Shown one piece after another: positions 51,371 through 64,000 of a stretch of 64,000 nt of DNA (position 1 is the first letter of the stretch; each line of letters opens with the position of its first letter). The translations under genes were made by a program, and so were the position numbers. The notes under the pieces were generated by a model. That model had not been told where the DNA came from, searched no databases, and saw nothing but the letters and a program-made list of their open reading frames with translations. This stretch comes from the human T2T-CHM13v2.0 reference genome, Homo sapiens: assembly GCF_009914755.1 (NCBI RefSeq), contig NC_060925.1; one strand, written 5' to 3'.

Positions 51371-54258
51371 GGAGAGCTAGTGACAGATAAGCAGGGTTGT
51401 GCCTGGGGCTTGGGAATCCCCAAGACATTTTGGCCATGGAGCAGATGATCTGCAGCAGGCAATTGGTTGTTTCTTGTCACCCAGTGTTACTGGTGGTTGG
51501 AGCTCATCTACTATGTGCAGATCATAGAACATGTGAGCTGTGAGAGAACTCAACAGTGATGAAGTCTAGCAATTCTCAAATACTATTTTATTGCCATATA
51601 TTTATTCAAGTGAAATCTCATAGGGAAGCCCATAACTCCTGGATGTTTTCATAATTCCGCTGAAAACCTTTGGTCTGGCTTATGTTCTTTACTTTTACAT
51701 ATGAGGAAACAAATACAAATGGCACATGGAGATGAATGGTCAAAAATTAGATGGCAGACAGGTGTGAAAGACATCATAGGTATCTTATGATACCTGATTG
51801 GCTCGGGTGGCTACTATGTTTTTCTGTTTGAAGAAACAGTTCCCTTCAAAACAAGTTTCCAACCTAGGGATATGATTTATTGCTCCATTGCAATTTTTAA
51901 CAGTATTACCCAATTATTTACATAACTTATTCCCTAACTAGTTCTAAATAGTTTTTAGTTGTTGCTTAAGACCAAAACAATTATCTAATAAATATTTACA
52001 ATGATTTACAAACATAAAGATTGAAGATGTATGTCCCCTTTAGGCTCAGCTGTAAATTACCTCCTCTCTCTCTGATCCCTATAATCCTTTATACCTCCCA
52101 TATGATATTTGCCAGATTTTACCTTGTAAAATTGCTGTCACAACCTTTTCTGACCCTATACATAAAACTGCAAAAGGTCTGAGACCAGGAAATCATATCT
52201 TAATATATTTGTGGTACCCACTAAAAACAGTGCCATGCATTTATAGTAGATGCTAAATAACAAATATTAAATAATTATCCAAGATGCTCAGTTTAATTCA
52301 AGCAGACAGAGTCACTGAAAAATTATTTTGAGCATTGATAACATCACTGGCATATGTGGGTAGCCTGCCAGGTGGCAGTCTTGCCAAGGAAAGCATTCAT
52401 TTGAATGTGTAAGATCTGGTATGTCATCAAAAGCCATTCGTATGATTTCATCGTCATGGCATCTATTTAGTGAGTGACTCTTAGATTACTTAGAGCAGGA
52501 TGCTAGGTGCTTTGGGTGGGATTCAGAAGAGGCATAAAATATAATCCATTCCTTTAACAAATTAGCAGTGAAGACTGGGAAACAAGAGTCCAAAAATATA
52601 AAGTCGTGTATAATTAAGTTCTAAATTGTGTAGTGAAAGTAAGTGAGGCAGAAGTCCAAGGAGTGATCACTAAATGGTGGCTGTGGAGGGTAGGAAAGGC
52701 ACCAGACCCTAGATTGCCATGAAAACACATATTGAGATGCCAAGTCGTCTACACAGATCTCTGAGGGAATTAGAGGCTAGTCTACACAAGGTCATAGCAC
52801 AATAAACGAGTCACAGGAATGAAGAACAAAATTGGCTTTCATTTTTCCTATCGGCAAAGAGGCTTGGCTTGACACAGTACTGCAGGTTTCAAAAATTCCA
52901 GTGTCAGATATTGTTCCTAAAGGAGAAACATTCTGAGAACTTGTGAGAATGCAAATTTGTCCTTGCACAGGAGGACGTCAGCCAAAGAGTTCCCAGACAT
53001 TACTCACTGGTTCGGCATATCCCTCAACCTACTAGGCTAAGTTGTGCCATGTCACTGAGGGGACCACAGTCTGTTCTTACATGGACTGTGGCTCAAGAAA
53101 TTAGGAATGGGAAGGACCAGAATTTACAGTGTGGAGATGAAAGGTACAAGCCTTATAAGGAGAGATCACAAAAGAAAAATGTTAGACTATCTGGAATGCC
53201 AGGTGATGAGATATGACATGTAACATGGGTAGTTAACCCATCAGGAGCTCTAGACACAAATATACTCCCTTTCTTTCAGGGTGTAGAGTACTCTGTAATT
53301 GGTGTAGGAAGCATATAAGGTGCTGTTTTCATAAGTCTTTAGCCTGGATGGAAAGTTATGCAGAAGTTAGAAAAGAGACATACTGAAGAAAAAAACAGCC
53401 GAAGATGCCTCCCCCTCAAGACTATTCATTTATCTATAAAGGATGTTTTGGGGTCACAAAATTGGATGATACTTCCAAGGACTCCATAAAATTATTGTGA
53501 AGCCTATAATGGCTGATGTAAAACACTGAAATAACAGTGCATGTCTTAAACTGATGCACGCAACTTGATTGAACAGGATAATGGCACAATGGCAGAAAGT
53601 GATATTCAGGGCATTGGGTATCTGTTGAAAACCCTATCGTTTACAAACAGAAATTTGTTGACCACTTACTCTGTGTTGGGTGCTGTACCAGGTGCTGTGA
53701 GAATATGAAAGAAATACAAGGCTGATTCCTCCGCTGAGAGAAATCTAAAATTGGAGGGGAAATGAGGATCCATATATGTCCTTGGCAAAACAACCTCTTT
53801 CTTCCAACACCACCAGCTTCATCATCACTATCATCTCTGAACTACAATACTTCCATTTTGTTTATGCGGTATTTTATGATTTAACCCAGGAATGTTGACA
53901 GTATTCTCCCATTTCCAGATTAAAGATATTTCATTTGTCCAGGTTATCTCAGGTTACATGAAAAGTAATCTTATCTTTGACACTCTGAAAGTCTCAGCTA
54001 CTACTAGCGTTTTCTAACAGACAATGAACTCCATACATGTAATTTAGTTCACATCAATCATACAGAACATATAAATATATACATATGAATGGTATCTTCT
54101 TGAGTGTAGACTTTGAGAGGCCAAGTCCAAAATACTTTTGGAAAATCTCTTTGGAAATTGTCTTCAACAAATGCATTGCATTCTCTGGTTTCCTAATGCT
54201 GTCAGATATGTAACTTGTAAACAATAAATTTTATAAGTAACCAAAGGTTATTGGGAGC

Positions 54259-54703
54259 TCTGATGGTTAATTTTGTGTCAATATGACTGAGCCACAGGGA
54301 GCCCAGGTATTTGGTTTATGATTATTCTAGTGTGTCTGTGAGTGAGTTTCTGGATGAGATTAACATCTGAATCAGTAGAATGAGTAAAGCACACTGCCAT
54401 CCCTAATTTGGGTGGGTGTCATCCAATTAGTTGAAGACCTTAATAGAACATAAAGTCTAGTAAGAAAGAATTCCTTCTGCATATCAACATGGGACATAAG
54501 TTTTTTATATTTTTTTCCTTTGGACTTGAAGGAAAGCACTGGCTCTTCCTGGGTCTCCAGCCTATTAGACTTGGACTGGAGTTACACCATCACCTCTCCT
54601 AGGTCTTCAGCTTGCTTATGTAGATATTGGGGCTTGTCATCCTCCATAATTATGTGAGCCAAATCCTTAAGATATATAGGTAGGTAGGTAGACAGACAGA
54701 TGC

Positions 54704-54754
<51 letters not shown>

Positions 54755-54777
54755 CATAGACAGATGCATAGATAGAT

Positions 54778-54850
<73 letters not shown>

Positions 54851-54914
54851 TAGATAGAGATAGAAAGTAAATCTCCTATTGGTCCTGTTTCTCCAGAAAA
54901 CCCTTATTGATGCA
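54259..54914 (+). mobile_element. MLT2 (MLT2D-like, ERVL) LTR containing an expanded STR
   Basis: 'tgatggttaattttgtgtcaa...tttctggatgagattaacat...ctcctattggtcctgtttctc'. Confidence 0.85.
54676..54862. repeat. Compound tetranucleotide STR (TAGG)n(GACA)n(GATA)n
   Basis: Two long GATA runs and one long GACA run, read directly. Confidence 0.95.
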
Positions 54915-54985
54915 GAGGCCAAACTCAATGAATACATTAGTTGATAAGCTGGTAATACAATTTTTGGCCACATGTATTCCAAATG

Positions 54986-55001
54986 ATATATATACACATA
55001 C

Positions 55002-55036
<35 letters not shown>

Positions 55037-55037
55037 A
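54986..55037. repeat. (TA)n microsatellite
   Basis: Direct reading. Confidence 0.9.
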
Positions 55038-55131
55038 TCATCTCATCCCTTATTTTTCTTATAGGATCATAAACTGACTTTGAAAGTAACTTTAAAATGG
55101 GAATTCCAAATAGCTCTTGAGCAATGGAAGT

Positions 55132-55480
55132 ATGTGGCAGAGAAAACTAGCTGGTCACAAATTCATTTCTTCTTTCTACTTAGAATGCAGCTTGACTGCG
55201 TTTCCCGACTGTCTTGCTTGTGACTGAGTCTTCACATATACCCCTTTTAGGTGTGGCTTATAACGATCTCCCACACAAGATTTCACACTCTTTTCTGTTC
55301 AGTGGTGACATTAGCCATGAATTGAAGATGGTGGAATGTGAGATGGTTTCTTCCAAACCCAAGTCCCTGCATCAACTAGAAGAGAGCTGATTAGGAATAC
55401 TCATTTTGGATTTTATAGGACCAAAAAATAAACTTGCATTTTGTTAAGCCACTGAGATATGGGTAGTGTGGCTATTTTGT
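55132..55480 (+). mobile_element. Old MLT1 (MaLR) LTR relic
   Basis: 3' end 'aaataaacttgcattttgttaagccactgagat'; 'gccatgaattgaagatggtgga'. Confidence 0.6.
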
Positions 55481-55603
55481 AACCTTAGTTGTTGATGGCT
55501 GAAATTGCCTAATTAATAAGCAGCATCATTAGAATTAGAGCAAAGTTGAGAACATTAGAGGACAAGATACATGTCAATAACATCTGATTTCATTGTTAAT
55601 ATT

Positions 55604-57794
55604 TGATATGGTTTGGCTCTGTGTCCCCACCCAAATCTCATCCTGAATTGTACTCCTATAATCCCCAAGTGTTGTGGGAGGGACACAATGGGAGATAGTT
55701 TGAATCATGGAGGCAGTTTTCCCCATACTCTTCTCATGGTAGTGAACAAGTCTCATGAGATCTGATGGTTTTATCAGCGGTTTCTGCTTTTGCTTCCTCC
55801 TTATTTTTTCTTGCCGCCGCCATGTAAGAAGTGCCTTTCACCTCCCACAATGATTCTGAGGCTCCCCAGCCATATGGAACTGTAAGTCCAATTAAACCTT
55901 TTTTCTTCCCAGTCTTGGGTATGTCTTTATCAGCAGCATGAAATCAGACAGGAAAATGTGAGAAAGTTTGGAACTTCCTAGAGACTTGTTGAATGGCTTT
56001 GACAAAAATACTGATAATGATATGGACAATGAAATCCAGGCTGAGGTGGTCTCAGATGGATATGAGGAACTTGTTGTGAACTGGAGCAAAGGTGATTCTT
56101 GTTATGTTTAATGAAGAGACTGGTGGCATTTGGCCCCTGCCCTAGAGATTTATGGAACTTTGAACTTGAGAGAGATGATTTAGGGTATCTAGTGGAAGAA
56201 ATTTCTAAGCAGCAAAGCATTCAAGAGGTGACTTGGGTGCTGTTAAAGGCATTCAGTTTTAAAAGGGAAGCATAATATAAAAGTTTGGAAAATTTGCAGC
56301 CTGACAATGTGATAGAAAAGAAAATCCCATTTTATGAGAAGAAATTCAAGCTGGCTCCAGATATTTGCATAAGTAATGAGGAGCTGAATTTTAATCCCCA
56401 AGATAATGGGAAAAATGTCTCAGAGCATGTCAGAGACCTTTGCAACAGCCTCTCCCATCACAGACCCAGAGGTCTAGGAGGAAATAATGGTCTTGTTGGC
56501 AGGGCCGAGGGCCCCCATGCTGTGTGCAGTCTAGGGACTTGGTGCCCTGTGTCTCAGCTGCTCCAGCCATGGCTGGAAGGCGCCAACGTAGAGCTCGGTT
56601 TGAGGCTTCAGAGGGTGCAAGCCTCAAGCCATGGCAGCTTCCACATGATTTTGAGCCTGCAGGTGAACAGAAGTCAAGAATTGGGTTTTGGGAACCTTTG
56701 CCTAGATTTCAGAAGATGTATGGAAACACCTGGATGCCCAGGCAGAAGTTTGCTGCAGGAGTAGGGCTCTCACAGAGAACCTCTGCTAGAGCAGTACAGA
56801 AGGGAAATGAGGGGTTGGAGCCCCCACACAGAGTCCCTGCTGGGGCACTGCCTAGTAGAGCTGTGAGAAGAGAGCCAGCGTTCTCCAGACCCCAGAATGG
56901 TTGGTCTACCTGCAGCTTGCACTGCACACCTGGGAAAGCTGCAGATACTCAACATCAGCCTGTGAAACCAGCCAGGAGGGAGGCTACACGCTGCAAAGCC
57001 ACAGGGGCGGAGTTGCCCAAGACCATGGGAACCCACCTCTTGCATCAGCTGACCTGGATGTGAGACCTGGAGTCAAGGGCGATCATTTTGGAGCTTTCAA
57101 ATTTGACTGCCCCGCTGGATTTGAGACTTGCATGAGCCTTGCATGAGACTTGCATGAGCCCTTTGTTTTGCAAAACCCCTTTGTTATGGCCAGTTTCTCC
57201 CATCTGGAATGGCTGTATTTACCCAATACCTGTGTACCCCCATTGTATCTAGGAAGTAACTAGCTTGCTTTCCATTTTACAGGCTAGTAGGCAGAAGGGA
57301 TTTGCCTTGTCTCTGATGAGACTTTGGACTGTGGACTTTTGGGTCAATGCTGAAATGAGTTAAGACTTTGGGGGACTGTTGGGAAGGCATAATTGGTTTT
57401 GAAATGTGAGGACATGAGATTTGGTGGGGCTGGGGCTGAATGATATGCTTTGTCTCTGTGTCCCCACCCATATCTCATCTTGAACTGTACTCCCATAATT
57501 CCCATGTGTTGTGGGAGGAACCCGGGGGAGAAAATTTGAATCATGGAGGAGGTGTCCCCCATACTCTTCTTGTGGTTGTGAATAAATCTCATGAGATCTG
57601 ATGGTTTCATCAGGGGTTTCTGCTTTTGCATCTTCCTCATTTTCTGTCGCCTTCACCATGTAAGAAATGCCTTTTGCCTTCTGCCATGATTCTGAGGCCT
57701 CCCCAGCCATGTGGAACTGTAAGTTCAATTAAACCTCTTTTTCTTCCCAGTCTCAGGTATGTCTTTATCAGCAGCATGAAAATGGACTAATACA
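55604..57794 (+). mobile_element. THE1A provirus (5'LTR 55604-~55949, internal region, 3'LTR 57441-57794)
   Basis: Two THE1A-type LTRs ('tgtaagtccaattaaacc'), THE1-int sequence (ORF 56524..57063 WEPLPRFQKMYGNTWMPRQKFAAG), purine tract before the 3'LTR, perfect TSD ATATT at 55599-55603 and 57795-57799. Confidence 0.95.
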
Positions 57795-58754
57795 ATATTC
57801 ATCTCAAGACACAGGACTTATATCTTAGCTTGTTAGAACCCAGTTACTACCATGTGTTGTCATGTCAGTGACTAGAAGTCACAGAAACCAAAATGGTAAG
57901 TGAGTTGGAATCCCAGTCTTAGTTTTGATCTACTTAAGTTGCCCTCATTGACACTGAACTTGTTACATTTCTTATTTAATGAAGATAAAATTTAGCATTT
58001 AAAAGGTAGTGATAGTGTGCTCTCTGGGAAATAATATTATTAGGGGTTGGAAGATCTGAGACTGAGCCTCAGCTTTGCTATTTACTGATGGAGTGAACAC
58101 TCCAAGTCTGTTACCTCATCTATAAACCAAAGTGAGATTATAACACTCCTCCCTGTGTTGTTGAGAAGATCAAAGTGACACACACTGAAAGGGAGGGAAT
58201 GTTTTTGACTGTTTTCAAGGTACAAAAACATTGTACCTATTTATGGGGGTGATGAATAATAAATCCAATAGTTTTTACTCCCTCATTTTCTCACATGCAG
58301 TCAGCCCTGCCTGCTCCCTATCTGAGGTCCCCATGGCTTTCCAAGAACCTGGGAACCTTAACTCACAAGAGCCCAGATTGGAATTTGTGGGTTTGAATAG
58401 CTGATTTGAGTTGGAAGACATGCCATAAGCAAGCACTCAAGTGTCCTGAAAGCAGGAACAAACAGATCAAAAGATCAAGGCCTGTGAGTAAAATAAACAA
58501 AATGGGAACGCTTTGAGGATGGTTGGAGCCTGCCCTTATCTCACTTTGTCTAAGCTTGGACTTCAAAGCACATTTTGTGACTCAGATCAACTAAAAGCAA
58601 AGGCCATGCTATGAATTATAGAGTAGGGGGGAAATGAAATAATGGCAGTCTTGAGAAAAAAGTGAAGTGAAATAAAATTTGTCTTCATGATTTTCATTTT
58701 TTCATGAGTGTATATCCCTTACCCCTATGGGAAAAACGAACAATACATGTAGGA

Positions 58755-58985
58755 AACTGGTTAAGAAAATGGATTTTGCTGCCAGAAAATCCTGAATTAG
58801 CATCTCAGTTCAACTACATGTTCTCTATCTTCTCTTGGAAAATTTAACTCTTAGTAGCCTCCAATTCCTTGGTAAAGTGAAAATAGTTCCACTGTCTAAG
58901 GATTGCTGAGAAGTAAGAAAAGTGTTGATGAAGGTGAAGCATTTAGCACAGTTCCTGGCTCATAGGGAGAGAGATTAAATATTCA
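58755..58985 (+). mobile_element. MIR
   Basis: 'tggttaagaaaatggatttt...gaagcatttagcacagttcctggctcatag'. Confidence 0.6.
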
Positions 58986-61508
58986 CTTTCATTGTCTTTG
59001 GCTTATCCATTCTATCATTTTGGTTTATCCATTCTACATTACCCACCCTGTGGTCTTATTCATCATATAAAATTATTGCAGAAAATGTTTTTTCCTTAGT
59101 TATCTAGTCTAAGAGTTTTTTTTTTTTTTCTTTCTCCCTGAGTCTGGACATGGAGTTTGTGCTTAACCACAACCTTTATCTTTCAGTCATGGAATGGAAA
59201 ATAGGAAGTGAGAAATGCAATATATGTTCTTGAAGTTTAAAAATTGTGAGATGCAGCAATATCACCTGAAAAATGGTGAAGTGTGAACATGCATGGACTG
59301 TGTTGGGTGCTGTAATCTACAGATTCCTGATTAGCAATCAATCTACTTTTCTGGAATGACATTTGTCAGCAGTATGAACATATTTGCTTGGAACTATGGA
59401 ACAAATATTCTTGGTAGGAACAATATCAGCATTATTCCCCCCATACCAACACCAATCCCAATCTTTGATGTCATTTACACGTTGGCTTGCCTTCCCTTCT
59501 ATGTTGTAGGTGTTTTTTTTTTTTTTTAAGGTGGACACCATGTCTTTTTCATCTTTCTATCATTCTCTTTTCACAACCTAGCATGGTGTTTTGGATATAG
59601 TAGTTCCCTAATACAGATTTTAAACAAGATAAAAGGCTTAAATACATTTAATCTTTCTCATAGTTAAAGAAATGCATCATGATTATACCACCAGGACATC
59701 AGATATTAATGGTGAGAATTTGAATATACGCATAATCCAACAAACATTTCTTAAGCACTGATTTTGTACCTGGTGCTGTGCATTTTTTCTTTTCTATATT
59801 TCATGTAACTTTCTATTAAAATAGTGTTGGCTAAATACATAGAATGCTTTTAATAACAGGTTTCCTGCTGCTAACCAATAAAAATTTTTCACCAATAATA
59901 TTTTGAATTCTATACATTAAAAATATATATTGTGTGATCCAGGAAACCCGTTGGAAGGTTACAGTGGAATCTTCTTATTTTTGTTTGAATTACTCTAATC
60001 ATTCTGCTTTCTGAGCACTTGCCAAGCTGCTGTAAAAGGAAGAAGCTTGTGATGTGAAAGGAAAGAGGAAGAATGAATGCTGGTGCATTGGACAGTTTGG
60101 GAAAGGTGCTTTCCCAAGTTTGGTGCCTTGGGAAGTTGAGGAGAAGGACATATTGCAGGAGGAAGGAGGGCACTGGACTTCTGAGGAGAGCTGGGCAAGT
60201 GAGGGCTGCAGAGAGGTGGGAGAGGGTCAGGGGCTGTAGAGGAATGAGTGAGAGGACAGCTTGGATAAACTTCACTTTGAAATTTTGCCAGGGACCTCAA
60301 GTATTCCTTTCCCTGTTTCTTTAGATCAAGCACACCCTTTGTCCTAGGCTCTTTGTGCCTCCTTTCCTCCTCTCCCTCAAAACAAAACCAAAACACACAT
60401 ATCACATCATTTTTGGAGTTGAGGAGGTCTCAGTGAAGGCTGTGTCCAATGAGCAGCTGCATGAGGATACAGGCAGACCCCTGGGGAAACCACGCCAGGG
60501 AGCCCTTGGGGCTGGGAGTGCCCAGTAGAACCTGAGTATGGGAGAAAGATTTTCTTGGGGCACAGTTCATCGGCACAGCTTCAAGAGTACTATCATGAAA
60601 GAGAAGGCAACTAGGGGCTCTCTACCTCTTTCTTCTAAAGCATTTTTGTGGGCACCTTGTCTGTTTTTTCAGTGCTCCTCGGGATTTTTGTCCCAAATCT
60701 AACAACAGTCAAAGCATATGACTTCAGGTGGTATTGGGCTGAATTTGTACCTGAAGGCGATAGGCTGCGTTAGAGAAGGTAGCAGTTCCTCTTCTCCTGG
60801 TCTATTGGTGGGCCCTCCAGAGATGTAGAGAGGAAGCACTGAAGTGACAGCTTACTAACCAGAAGTCTTATCACTGTGACTACAACTACCGATAATAGTC
60901 CTTACAATGATTATGAATGATGATACTAATAATACAGTCACGCTTCAATGATTCCTGTCTTCTAACATCTCTTTTTCTGTTTAGTATTATAGGTTATAGT
61001 ATTGTAGGTTATTGTGACTATGCCTTATCTTGCCTGCCTATCTGTAAGTTTTTGGAAGGCAGATCTCGTTGTTCTGTCTCTTCATGTTTATAATCCTTTA
61101 TATCATCCAGTGTAGAGCCATGTGCTGTGACCCTTGGGAAATGATAACATAGAACAAGTCATAAGTGAAAGAATGTGGGCTCTGGACAAGTGGAAAGGAG
61201 TTCACTGTCTACCGCCACTACTGAGTTGTGAGTCACCAACAACAAACTACTTAACGTCAGTGTACCATTTAGGATTATATTGGGTTTGTCTTAAACAAAT
61301 AGTTTTATTTTTCTCATGTGACAAAAGCCACCTTTAAGGTTATAGCTTTTATCCTCATGTTGGTGACTTTGCACTCACAAGACAGCTGCTCCTCTTTCAG
61401 CAGCATACCCAAATTCCAGCAAGAAGGGGAAAGGCTGTGTGAAAATTTATTCAAAAATAAATTTTTATAGCATCTTACGTTTTCAGAGAGTTTTCTTTTT
61501 AAAAAAAC

Positions 61509-62708
<1,200 letters not shown>

Positions 62709-62789
62709 TGACAGAGAGTTTTTAAATACACTGTTTCATTTGATAATATATTGTGAATCTTGAGCTAGCATGTCTTTATTGATCCATTA

Positions 62790-62905
62790 ACGCAAAGATT
62801 TTGACTCAGTAGGCCTGAGATGAGGTCTTAGAATCTTCGTTTTAACAAATACCACAGGTGATTCTGATGCAAGTGACTCAATGAAAATTCTTTGGAAAAC
62901 AGTGT
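62790..62905. mobile_element. MER5-family (hAT-Charlie) fragment
   Basis: 'gattttgactcagtaggcctgagatgagg...tttaacaaataccacaggtgattctgatgca...ctttggaaaacagtg'. Confidence 0.7.
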
Positions 62906-62954
62906 CTTAAAAGAAGCATCTGAATAATAGAATAATAACTATATGTTTGATATT

Positions 62955-63016
62955 TGTGTGTGTACATGTTGGGATGGATGTTTGTGTGTGTGTGTGTGAG
63001 TATGGGTGTGTATGTT
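62955..63016. repeat. Imperfect (TG)n repeat
   Basis: Direct reading. Confidence 0.8.
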
Positions 63017-64000
63017 TTGAGGAGGGGTTGATTCTGTAAGCTTTACTGTTGGTAACATAACCAGATCTTAGCATAAATGAGAAATATAATAGATATTTTA
63101 AGTATTATTGGGAATCTCAAATTTAGATTAAAACTGAAATCTTTGCCTTTAAAAAGCGTGATATGTTATTATAGAAATAGTACCTTGTAAGAATCGTTAA
63201 GACGATGTGCAAAAGCAAATACAAGAAATTAATGTAACATCATCAGGATTCATATAAATTTTGATAAGTCAAAAATTTTTATGAAATTTAGGACTTTTGA
63301 CTGATTAGGCAATTTACAGTTGGCAAAAGCTGTACTTGAGTCAATCTTCGCCTAGAAAATTTGACTTCCTGTTTCTAAGAAAAAAAAACTCCTCTTAAAA
63401 AGCTCTCATAAAACAACTCCCAAGGCTTCTTGCACATCAAATAGCTCTTACAGAAACAAATTTTGATGAGGTAAGTGTAAGGAATTTAGTAACATATGGA
63501 TTAAATTTCCCTTAAAATAGACATCATTTTAAAATTAGGAGGAAAAAAAGTTCTTGGTAAAATATGAAAATGTGTTTTGGTTTTCCTTGAACCCCAAACA
63601 CAATTTGAAAAATAGTTCAAGATGTTCACCAACCCACCTCCAATACAACTGGTTTCACCCATCTTTAGTTCCAGGATATGAACTGTTGGGAGTTCTGGTG
63701 ATTATAAATACTACAAAAATATCAGCAGATACTGGCAAAATTTCAGAGACAAATAAGGAAACAGCAAAACTTTAGAAATAAGTACATTTAAAAGTTAGGG
63801 TGTTTTTCTTCAAAAACTTAGGGATGGGCAGTCCATCCCCTAAAAGCTAATGGAATAATTTAAATTCTTTATTGTATTTCAGAAGACAATGTGGATAGCT
63901 AAATATTTCAAGAAAACTTCTCATTATAATTAAATGGAAAAAAAATGCCCCATGGCAAGAAAAAATTTGGTGAAAAGCTACATGTACGTATAAGGACAAA

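Noticed and set aside
54650-55003. 117-aa LSIY/LSVC repeat ORF
   Set aside because: Translation of the GATA/GACA STR.
56285-57063. 159-aa and 179-aa ORFs
   Set aside because: Frameshifted remnants of the THE1 internal ORF, not a host gene.

Overview
Primate (human-like) nuclear DNA: AT-rich, CpG-depleted and dominated by decayed transposable elements. It contains nested L1s of several ages, Alus (J/S/Y, an AluYd-type copy and a FLAM), a MER11 solo LTR, LTR9, MER41, THE1/MST/MLT/LTR16 LTRs, a near-full-length THE1A provirus, Tigger3b, MER20, HAL1, MIR/L2 relics and microsatellites. I cannot support any intact protein-coding gene, tRNA/rRNA, CpG island or CRISPR array. The ORFs in the track are TE remnants, low-complexity translations or short ORFs I cannot match to a protein. 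I found no convincing new biological system. The most notable observations are five. (1) A non-tandem 74-bp duplication (47208-47281 / 47862-47935) whose ends are inverted repeats of each other. (2) A probable inversion-plus-deletion that split one L1PB into a + strand 3' end (6682-7775) and a - strand 5' end (9481-12020). (3) Three retrotranspositions (L1PA, AluS, AluYd-type) clustered at one endonuclease target at 61.5-62.7 kb. (4) A THE1A provirus with perfect TSDs that lost its PBS by a microhomology deletion. (5) Candidate exons of unannotated spliced non-coding transcripts, the best at 40871-41219 on the - strand. Subfamily names come from recalled consensus sequences, and boundaries without TSDs are approximate.
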